Assembly: GCA_034933245.1 (NCBI GenBank)
Contig: JAYFNX010000013.1
Location: 939 to 64,938, forward strand
DNA: 64,000 nt
Source of the DNA: Candidatus Pelethousia sp.
GTDB lineage: Bacteria; Bacillota; Clostridia; Christensenellales; CAG-138
Direction of reading: 5' to 3'
Shown: positions 37,224 to 43,927 of the stretch, in pieces
Position numbering within the stretch: the stretch's first letter is position 1
Layout of the letters: the number at the start of each line of letters is the position of its first letter
Notes under the pieces: generated by a model
Seen by the model: the letters and a program-made list of their open reading frames with translations, nothing else
Database searches by the model: none
What the model was told of the DNA's origin: nothing
Position numbers and translations under genes: made by a program

Positions 37224-37591
37224 TGTCCGGCGGCCTCCTTTTCAGCCTGTGGCTGGCCGCGCCTAGCCTTTACCATCAGGACACCTTCAAGGGTAGTGGC
37301 AGTGATGTTCAGACGGTGAGCATAGAGGATTTCACACATCATGCCCTCGCTGACGGTGTTCCCGCACACAAGCAGCACATGGCAGCGGCGCAGCAAGGCA
37401 TTTGCCATTTCCATACCCGCCTTGCGTTCCTCCGGGATGCTCTCGTCAAGGAATTGGGGAAACAGCAGATGCGGGCAGATAGGAGTAAATCCAGCCTCAT
37501 ACGCCTTGCGGCAGTATTCGCGGGCCTTCTCGGTGTTGCGGGCCTCGTCGCCCTTAAAGGGCGAACAGATATATGCAAAGGGCCTTTTCAT
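37220..37591 (-). CDS. DUF4406 / nucleoside 2-deoxyribosyltransferase-like protein
   Basis: 123 aa. FAYICSPFKGD...PICPHLLFPQFLDE...VLLVCG matches my recollection of the DUF4406 pattern. Confidence 0.6.
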   Translation of the reverse strand: MKRPFAYICSPFKGDEARNTEKAREYCRKAYEAGFTPICPHLLFPQFLDESIPEERKAGMEMANALLRRCHVLLVCGNTVSEGMMCEILYAHRLNITATTLEGVLMVKARRGQPQAEKEAAGQ

Positions 37592-37605
37592 GGTAAATTC
37601 CTCCT

Positions 37606-38580
37606 TTAACGTGAAATAGCCGCCCAGTGCTTCGGACGGCTGACTTGTTGTGGCTTTTTCTCTTTTTCTTTTTGAAGAAGGTGTTGCAGGTATTCGTTGT
37701 AGTCCTTACCGATGGGCGGCGGCTCGGCGCTGGTGATGTGGTCGCGGAAAGCGTCGTTTTGCATAAGCGCCGCCCGCAATTTCATCATGCCGTCCCGCCC
37801 CGCCTTGTCGTTGTCCAGATACATGTACACATGGTCTATTTCCGGGTGGTCGGTGAGATATTGGCGCAGGGCCAACGGCGACGTGCCGCTTAATGAAAGA
37901 TAGTGGTATCTGTCCCATACCCCTGTTTTCCGTTTGCGGATGGTGGCAAGGGAAAGGGCGTCAATGGCGCTTTCGCAGACGGCCACAAAGCGACTGCTGG
38001 GCGGGCAGGAAGGCAGCACGAAATTATACCGCTTGTCGCTGCCCTCGATGTCCTGCTTAAAGTCCCCATAGGTTCCCCGGACGGATGCGAAACGTGAGAT
38101 GCCTGCTGCATCCTTGCCCACAAACACGCAGTTGTGATATTCCCGGCTCTCATATAATATCCCGGCTTGGATGCAGCGGTAGATGATTTCCGGGTCGATG
38201 CCCCGGCCCCGCAGGTAGTCAATAGCGGCCCCGTTATCCCGGTTCGGCTCCGGAAGTTCAAAGGGCTTGGGCGGCGGTTCCGGCTTCTTTACCTGCTGAA
38301 AGGAAACGGCAGGGGCGGCGCGTCCGTTGCAAAGCAGGCTGACGGCTTCCACAAAATCCATATCCCGTACTTTAATGAGGTAGTCAAGGGCGGTCTTGCC
38401 GCCGATGCCCCGGCTGAACCAATGCCACTTGCCGTTGCTGATTTTCAGGCTGTCATGGGTAACGGTGCAGTATTCGTGCGGCCCTGTGCGCTTTAGCTCC
38501 TGCGGCTCGTACTGTTGTAGGTAGGAAAGTAGGTCGATTTCCTTTGCCCGCTCGATTTGTTCCTTGCTTACGCCCGGCAT
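37606..38580 (-). CDS. DUF3991 + Toprim domain protein (primase-like, conjugative element type)
   Basis: Start at MPGVSKEQIERAKEIDLLSYLQ (ATG 38580, AAGGAGAG RBS). WHWFSRGIGGKTALDYL is present, and the Toprim region has VAVCESAIDALS...YLDNDKAG. The longer tracked ORF (to 38817) runs through an intrinsic terminator. Confidence 0.7.
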   Translation of the reverse strand: MPGVSKEQIERAKEIDLLSYLQQYEPQELKRTGPHEYCTVTHDSLKISNGKWHWFSRGIGGKTALDYLIKVRDMDFVEAVSLLCNGRAAPAVSFQQVKKPEPPPKPFELPEPNRDNGAAIDYLRGRGIDPEIIYRCIQAGILYESREYHNCVFVGKDAAGISRFASVRGTYGDFKQDIEGSDKRYNFVLPSCPPSSRFVAVCESAIDALSLATIRKRKTGVWDRYHYLSLSGTSPLALRQYLTDHPEIDHVYMYLDNDKAGRDGMMKLRAALMQNDAFRDHITSAEPPPIGKDYNEYLQHLLQKEKEKKPQQVSRPKHWAAISR

Positions 38581-38603
38581 GGTATCACTCTCCTTTTGGG
38601 CAT

Positions 38604-38631
38604 AAAAAAAGGCGCTCATTTCTGAACGCCC
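38604..38631 (-). terminator. intrinsic terminator/attenuator 23 nt upstream of the primase-like start codon
   Basis: On the minus strand: GGCGTTCA-GAAA-TGAGCGCC (8-bp stem including one G-U pair, GAAA tetraloop) followed by TTTTTTT. Confidence 0.55.
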
Positions 38632-38822
38632 GCAGCTTGTTATGGTGGCTTGTATCGCTTTACAGCTTATCCTTTTCCCAGCGGGTAAATGCCTTACCAG
38701 CAGGTGGAAGGGGGTTTTAGGGGGAAACGAAACCCGCCGCGCTCCCGCAAACGGGCAGACTTCCCCCTTCATCGAATAATGTGTTTCATTTTTTGATTTT
38801 AAAACAAAACGGAACACAACTA

Positions 38823-38851
38823 TTGACTTCCGCTTGTATTTAGCATATAAT
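38823..38851 (+). promoter_or_regulatory. near-consensus sigma-A/sigma-70 promoter for the AAA/S8 operon
   Basis: TTGACT (38823-38828), a 17-nt spacer, then TATAAT (38846-38851). An AAGGATGAG RBS precedes ATG 38891. Confidence 0.6.
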
Positions 38852-38890
38852 CAAGCTGTTCCATAATTGATAAAAAGGATGAGTTGAAAC

Positions 38891-39994
38891 ATGAACCACG
38901 ATGAACTACTACCAAAACTAATACGTGCATGTCTTGATAATGATAGGCGTATGGTTGAAGAAATATCTAGTATGATGATTAAAACGCTTAAAAAAAGCAA
39001 ACCAGAAATTGCAAAAGAAATGTCGCAGGCACTTACGTATTCACGAAACGGTGCCTCCGCTTTGCGTTCTGCTGATGTACAACCTTTGCCTATAGATCGA
39101 GAATCTCGTTCCTCTCTTGGGAAGGCAGAAGAACCATTGGAAGTTGAACCGCCTATATTATCTGAGCAAACCATAAATGAATTAATAGATTTTCTTTCTG
39201 AAAGGGAAAAAATCGAACAACTTATTATGGAAGATATTACTCCACCAAACAGCATGCTGTTTGTAGGCCCTCCGGGCGTTGGGAAAACGTATTCAGCAAA
39301 ATGGATATCTTACAAGTTAAACTTACCTCTAGTGACTATGGACTTAGCTACTTCGATATCAAGTTATTTGGGTCGTTCGGGACAGAACATTAAAAGCCTT
39401 TTTGATTACGCACGTTCATTTCCATCAATTTTATTTTTAGATGAATTAGACGCTATAGCAAAGCGTCGTGATGATGCATCAGATTTAGGAGAATTAAAGC
39501 GACTGGTGAACGTTCTCCTAAAAGAAATGGAAACTTGGCCTAGCCAAAGTATTATCATTGCTGCTACCAATCATCCTGATTTATTAGACAAGGCCATTTG
39601 GCGCAGGTTTGATAGAGTAATTCCATTTGACCTGCCAGAGCCCGATCAAAGAAAAGAGCTTATTTTAAGATGCTTTGGGAAATTCGAAAAGAACTTTTCA
39701 AAAATGTCTATAGACTTTATGGTAAAGCAAACAGAAGGGGTTAATGCATCTGATATTTGTAAAATATGCATGCACATAAAAAGGAAAGTCGTTATGAAGG
39801 ATTCTTTGCCTGACCTAATTGCAATAGAAGAAACGTGTACTGGCAACTACAAAGATAGACAAAGTAAAATTGAGGTGTGTAAGATGCTGAAAAATTCATT
39901 TCCTGAATTAAGCGGACGAGATATCTCTCGGATAACTAAAATATCAATAACTTCAGTAAGTCGTTATCTTCAAACAGGAGGAGCGAATAAATGA
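38891..39994 (+). CDS. classical AAA+ ATPase (IetA-like)
   Basis: 367 aa. Motifs: Walker A GPPGVGKT, Walker B ILFLDELD, the second region of homology IIAATNHPDLLDKAIWRRFD, and an N-terminal region of about 110 aa that I cannot place. AT-rich. The ATGA overlaps the downstream gene. Confidence 0.75.
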   Translation: MNHDELLPKLIRACLDNDRRMVEEISSMMIKTLKKSKPEIAKEMSQALTYSRNGASALRSADVQPLPIDRESRSSLGKAEEPLEVEPPILSEQTINELIDFLSEREKIEQLIMEDITPPNSMLFVGPPGVGKTYSAKWISYKLNLPLVTMDLATSISSYLGRSGQNIKSLFDYARSFPSILFLDELDAIAKRRDDASDLGELKRLVNVLLKEMETWPSQSIIIAATNHPDLLDKAIWRRFDRVIPFDLPEPDQRKELILRCFGKFEKNFSKMSIDFMVKQTEGVNASDICKICMHIKRKVVMKDSLPDLIAIEETCTGNYKDRQSKIEVCKMLKNSFPELSGRDISRITKISITSVSRYLQTGGANK

Positions 39995-42261
39995 GTAATA
40001 ATAAACATCCAATACTGGGGCGCGGAGAATTGTATGTGAGCGATATTGAAAAGAGATATTTTGGCGGGCCACCCCAATATCCTCATACCTATACGGAGGG
40101 TAAGCAGAACTTATTGAATGGCTTATCATCTATTAAGGAATCTATAAATGCCAATTCGGAGGTCTTTTTAGAAGAAAAAGTCCTCTGTGTACGCATGGAA
40201 CCCAAATTTGAGGCCAAATCCTACGCTCCCGACATGTTAATGTCTATTGATGGCATCCATCCAATTGGAGGAAGAAAGTACAGCATTACCGAACAAGATG
40301 GTAGTGAAATAAAGGCAAAGCTATATTTTGCTAAAGCTACAGATGATGGTATCAATAATTTATTTTCTACCCTTGAGCAAGGGAAAAAAGACAGCTTTGC
40401 AACATGGCAAAACCAGATAAGTGCAGTTAGAACAATTGATTTATTATCTCACAAAGAAAAAATAGCAGGATTCGCCTCTGACTGGGATAGCGGAATTGTA
40501 GAAATTGTGCTTCATCCAATAGTATGCAATAATGACGCTGCTATAAATAAATTTTTGGAATTGCTCAATTTGCCAGATAACAAGTATAAAATCTCCAGTT
40601 ATTCAGATGGGCCTACATTTTGTGCTGCCGAATGTTCTAGAGAAGATTTAGAACGTATAGCCCTGTTTAACCCGCTTAGAATCGTACATCCTCTTGGAGA
40701 GATTAATATACCCGATTTACGTGAAGGTCAGTTTTTTGCTGCTCCAAAGCCTCCATCTACAAAAGGAAAATCACAAACAATAGTTGGTGTTCTTGATGGT
40801 GGCGCTGATATAACAGTCCCACTATTGAAAAATTATGTTCAGGCATTTGACCTCACCGACGTATCCCCGCAAGATAGTTTTATTTCTCACGGAACATCTG
40901 TTTGCGGGGCTGCATTGTACGGTGCATTGAACTATGCCCAAAGTGCAGACGAACTGCCTGCTCCGTTAGTATCTGTAGAGTCCTACAGGATATTGCCGCA
41001 GCCTTCCACAGGTGACGCACTACAAGATAGCGGGTTATATAGTGCAATTGATAAAGTTGAAGAAATCGTTCCTCAACGCCCAGATATTAGGCTATATAAT
41101 TTATCTTTTGGCCCACGCGGTGCCATTATTGATGATGACATAAGTCGGTTTACATACTCTCTGGATAATTTGACTAATTTACCACATCATCCACTGTTTT
41201 GTGTTGCTGCTGGGAATGATGGAGATTTGCCTTCTCCCTTCAATCGGGTTCAAGCACCCGCCGATTTGGTAAACGGATTGGGCATAGGTTCGTATACATT
41301 TGACAGAAAGGGAAACAAGGTGCGAGCAAATTATAGTTGCATTGGACCTGGGCGGGAAGGGTGTAAAATAAAACCGGATTTATTAGAGTTTGGAGGAAGT
41401 CCAGAACATCCTGCTATTTTAGTTAGTAAAAATCACGGACAGACTGTTGCAAATTGTGGAACAAGTTTTTCATCACCAATTGCCACCGGAAAAATCGGAA
41501 GAATTATTGCATTAAGTGATGAAATCAGCCCCCACATGGCAAGAACGCTGTTAATTCACACGGCTGAAACTTGCGAAGACACAGACATTTGCGAAACTGG
41601 GTTTGGTTTTTGTATTGATGATGTTGATAACATCATCAACTGCCTTGATAATAAAGTAGTCGTTTTATACTCAGGAAGCATTGAGCCAAAACAGAATATT
41701 CGTATGCCGATATTGCTTCCAAACCTTGATAAAATACGAAACAATGCATTAGTTACTTGGACTATTTCTACTATTGGTAAGCCAAATCCAAGTGATGTGG
41801 ATTCATATACCAGCAATTGTGTAGAAGATTATTTTTATCCAGATGATAGGCACTATAGCTATGTCCTCAAGACTCCCAAGAGGATAACAAAACAGGCCCG
41901 ATTAGGTACTCCAGAAGAAGCTAAGCTCATTGCCCTCGGATTTGCTAGGGCAGATTTACCTATCAGCAAACCACCGAAGCAGTTTCTGAGCGAAGACGAG
42001 TTGAGAAATCAACATTTAAAATGGGATACTATTGTAAAAAAATCTCGCTCCATACGGGCATCCTCACTACACAACCCTTTCTTTATATTACATGGTATAA
42101 GCAGGGATTCATTCTCTAATTCGACTATGCAATATTTCGCTGCAATAACAGTGGAAATTCCTAAGTATCCGGGAATTCTGTATGACGATGTACTAAGCGA
42201 GTACCGTAACTTAATGCCTATTCATATAAAGAATCGAAATCAAATCCTTATAGAAGGTTGA
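39991..42261 (+). CDS. S8 (subtilisin-like) serine peptidase with large N- and C-terminal extensions (IetS-like)
   Basis: 756 aa with the catalytic triad context VGVLDGGAD (Asp), HGTSVCGAALYG (His) and GTSFSSPIATG (Ser). No signal peptide is evident, so it is probably cytoplasmic. Confidence 0.8.
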   Translation: MSNNKHPILGRGELYVSDIEKRYFGGPPQYPHTYTEGKQNLLNGLSSIKESINANSEVFLEEKVLCVRMEPKFEAKSYAPDMLMSIDGIHPIGGRKYSITEQDGSEIKAKLYFAKATDDGINNLFSTLEQGKKDSFATWQNQISAVRTIDLLSHKEKIAGFASDWDSGIVEIVLHPIVCNNDAAINKFLELLNLPDNKYKISSYSDGPTFCAAECSREDLERIALFNPLRIVHPLGEINIPDLREGQFFAAPKPPSTKGKSQTIVGVLDGGADITVPLLKNYVQAFDLTDVSPQDSFISHGTSVCGAALYGALNYAQSADELPAPLVSVESYRILPQPSTGDALQDSGLYSAIDKVEEIVPQRPDIRLYNLSFGPRGAIIDDDISRFTYSLDNLTNLPHHPLFCVAAGNDGDLPSPFNRVQAPADLVNGLGIGSYTFDRKGNKVRANYSCIGPGREGCKIKPDLLEFGGSPEHPAILVSKNHGQTVANCGTSFSSPIATGKIGRIIALSDEISPHMARTLLIHTAETCEDTDICETGFGFCIDDVDNIINCLDNKVVVLYSGSIEPKQNIRMPILLPNLDKIRNNALVTWTISTIGKPNPSDVDSYTSNCVEDYFYPDDRHYSYVLKTPKRITKQARLGTPEEAKLIALGFARADLPISKPPKQFLSEDELRNQHLKWDTIVKKSRSIRASSLHNPFFILHGISRDSFSNSTMQYFAAITVEIPKYPGILYDDVLSEYRNLMPIHIKNRNQILIEG

Positions 42262-42265
42262 ATTA

Positions 42266-42305
42266 CAAGGGCTCTCTTTGCTTTAGAGAGCCCTTGCAAT
42301 TTTTG
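42266..42305. terminator. bidirectional terminator between the S8 gene and the convergent ICE-end gene
   Basis: caagggctctc / gagagcccttg stem (42266-42296) followed by a T-run. Confidence 0.5.
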
Positions 42306-42713
42306 TTATAATGGTAAAAAGTCGTCCATATCCAGCAGGAAGGAAAACAAGAAGTATTGCCGGGCCTCCGGGTGGCCTGCCAGCAGTTCCACATCCTCCG
42401 GGAATTGCAGGCCCGCCACATCGTACAGGATACGCAGGACGGCCAGCATTTCCACTTCCCGGCCCTCGCTGTACAGGTGGGTAAAGATGGCCGAAACCCT
42501 GTCCATTGTCCCGGCGTTGTTGCCGGAGAAGGTGAACAGGGTTTCAAGGAACGGGATGGTGACGGCCCCGGATATGAGGTTGATTTTGTCGCGGTTGATG
42601 TCATTTTGAGGTGTGAGGATGCCCTTGCTTTTCAGCGTGTCGTAGGTGATGTTATTTGCATTCACGGTCTTTGCCTCCTTTGCAATCATACGTTTTTCCT
42701 TGCTTCTTCCCAT
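42306..42713 (-). CDS. conserved ICE-end protein of unknown function (divergent paralog 3 of 3)
   Basis: 135 aa. It aligns by eye with 32281-32631 and 46959-47330 (KINL(I/V)(S/A)GAVT.PF..., HPEA..YFLFSF), roughly 40 % identity. Confidence 0.55.
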   Translation of the reverse strand: MGRSKEKRMIAKEAKTVNANNITYDTLKSKGILTPQNDINRDKINLISGAVTIPFLETLFTFSGNNAGTMDRVSAIFTHLYSEGREVEMLAVLRILYDVAGLQFPEDVELLAGHPEARQYFLFSFLLDMDDFLPL

Positions 42714-42740
42714 AGCCTTTTATAGCTGTCCGCACAGTTT

Positions 42741-42834
42741 GATAACATTTTTACAACAATCCATGAAAATGGCTGTCGTGCGGATTCCAGAAAAAGGATG
42801 GATTTTGATAACAATTCGGATAACATTGATAACA
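42741..42834 (+). repeat. GATAACA(A/T)T direct repeats upstream of the ICE-end gene
   Basis: Copies start at 42741, 42807, 42819 and 42828. The last three are spaced 12 and 9 nt apart. They are candidate protein-binding (arm or operator) sites. Confidence 0.5.
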
Positions 42835-42874
42835 ATTAAGGCCGGGGACGATGTTCCACCTTACAGAAGGGCAA

Positions 42875-42901
42875 GAAAAAAGCCCTGAAAAGGGCTTTTT
42901 T
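42875..42901 (-). terminator. intrinsic terminator 3' of tRNA-Ser
   Basis: aaaaaagccct-gaaa-agggctttttt, located 10 nt after the CCA end. Confidence 0.55.
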
Positions 42902-42911
42902 CAAGGCATTT

Positions 42912-43000
42912 TGGCGGAAGAGGTGGGATTCGAACCCACGTGCCCTTGCGGACAACTGCATTTCGAGTGCAGCGCGTTACGACCACTTCGCTACTCTTCC
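42912..43000 (-). tRNA. tRNA-Ser (anticodon CGA), encoded CCA
   Basis: The reverse complement folds by hand as: GGAAGAG/CTCTTCC acceptor stem, a D arm with GTGG, anticodon stem CTGCA/TGCAG with loop CTCGAAA, a 16-nt variable arm (class II), T arm GTGGG-TTCGAAT-CCCAC, then G-CCA. Confidence 0.85.
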
Positions 43001-43037
43001 ATGTTAAATTTTGACGGGCGACGCTCGAAAATTATTA

Positions 43038-43077
43038 TTTCGAGTCAGGGCCGTTATGACCACTTCGATACGCTTCC
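43038..43077 (-). other. orphan tRNA-Ser 5' half ending in the anticodon loop
   Basis: The reverse complement reads GGAAGCG-TA-TCGAAGTGGTCATAACGG-C-CCTGA-CTCGAAA and then loses tRNA character. The breakpoint coincides with the CTCGAAAT/TGATTTCGAG att core. Confidence 0.5.
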
Positions 43078-43123
43078 ATATTTAATTTATTGCATAAACG
43101 GTCGAACTCTATTCATTATCACA

Positions 43124-43303
43124 TGATTTCGAGGGGCATTTTCGGCTTAAAACGGGCATTTTTCGCTTTATAACTTTTTATAGGATAACGCCGGAAGCCC
43201 TGTATTTCAAGGTTTCCGGCGTTTCGTCTTATAAACTCTCGTAACCGCTATACAAGTGCTTTTTTGAGAGTTGGGCATCATTTGGGCACCACGGGTATCA
43301 AAA
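43124..43303 (+). repeat. att core copy (TGATTTCGAG) plus ICE-B end arm with GGGCATCA-type repeats
   Basis: TGATTTCGAG-GGGCATTTT matches 31822-31840. Repeats are GGGCATCA at 43273, GGGCACCA at 43284 and GGGTATCA at 43293. Confidence 0.5.
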
Positions 43304-43927
43304 TTACGCCAGTGTTTTAAACATTTGTTTAACCCCGTCAATCATACTCTGCCTTGTTAGCTCATGCGCAATAAATGGATACTTGTCCCACATATAGTTC
43401 AAGGTTATATCGCCCTTTATGTAGTACAGTATTATATTACATCTTCCTTGTACATACTCGTCATCTTCATTGAGTCTAAGTACATTAATAGTACGTTGCA
43501 CGGTAGCATACTCAGCAGGCGATAACCCCTTGCCGGGAACTATAAGGCAGCTTGGTAAATCAAGGACAAACCATCCGGAGGATATTGAAAAAGGATCGGC
43601 TATTCCAGTTTGGTTTGCTTTGTTTCCATTAGCTTTTTGAGTAGTAAGACGATAATTGCTCCATTCATAGGCCAAATTAGGATTTATACTTTTAGGGATG
43701 AAATGATCTACGGAGACACTTGTTGATGTTCTTGAAAACCATTCACCGGTATAAGCGCAAATACCTCCATACGCCCTATATAAATCATCACTAGCATATT
43801 TCCAATAAGCGTGTTTTGGCCAAAGCTTATTTGTTGGAGTCGGGCATGTTGTTAAAAACGCATTACCGCGTTGGCGAACATCTGCATCAAAGCTTGAAGG
43901 TTCCGGTTGCATAGTAACTGGTATCAT
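43304..43927 (-). CDS. HNH-type endonuclease, PtuB/TIGR02646-like
   Basis: 207 aa. GGICAYTGEW...SVSVDHFIPKS...EWSNYRLTTQKANGNKAN matches the HNH core (D-H...N...N), with the second Cys pair replaced. The ATGA start overlaps the ATPase stop. AT-rich. Confidence 0.65.
   Translation of the reverse strand: MIPVTMQPEPSSFDADVRQRGNAFLTTCPTPTNKLWPKHAYWKYASDDLYRAYGGICAYTGEWFSRTSTSVSVDHFIPKSINPNLAYEWSNYRLTTQKANGNKANQTGIADPFSISSGWFVLDLPSCLIVPGKGLSPAEYATVQRTINVLRLNEDDEYVQGRCNIILYYIKGDITLNYMWDKYPFIAHELTRQSMIDGVKQMFKTLA

Larger units (their letters stand above)
31832..42900 (-). mobile_element. Element A: composite, defective integrative element (mobilisable type) flanked by tRNA-Ser sequences
   Basis: It carries a relaxase, MobC, candidate oriT, ArdA, Toprim primase-like gene, PcfB and a truncated T4CP, but no T4SS and no intact integrase. 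The left 0.9 kb is a copy of the ICE-B end module. The boundaries are approximate. Confidence 0.5.

Noticed and set aside
38581-38817. The N-terminal extension of the primase-like ORF. The tracked ORF starts at 38817 and gives 403 aa.
   Set aside because: The extension reads through a strong intrinsic terminator and lacks an RBS. The internal ATG at 38580 has an AAGGAGAG RBS, and the protein then begins with the conserved DUF3991-type N-terminus.
38851-39255. 134-aa minus-strand ORF overlapping the start of the AAA ATPase gene.
   Set aside because: It is antisense to a gene with clear AAA motifs and a consensus promoter and RBS. It is a Ser/Ile/Phe-rich shadow ORF of AT-rich DNA.
43090-43123. 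A possible tRNA 3' half adjoining the ICE-B att core.
   Set aside because: Only a weak TTCGA-containing remnant (gtcgaactct) is present. No acceptor stem or CCA can be reconstructed, so it is not annotated as a tRNA fragment.
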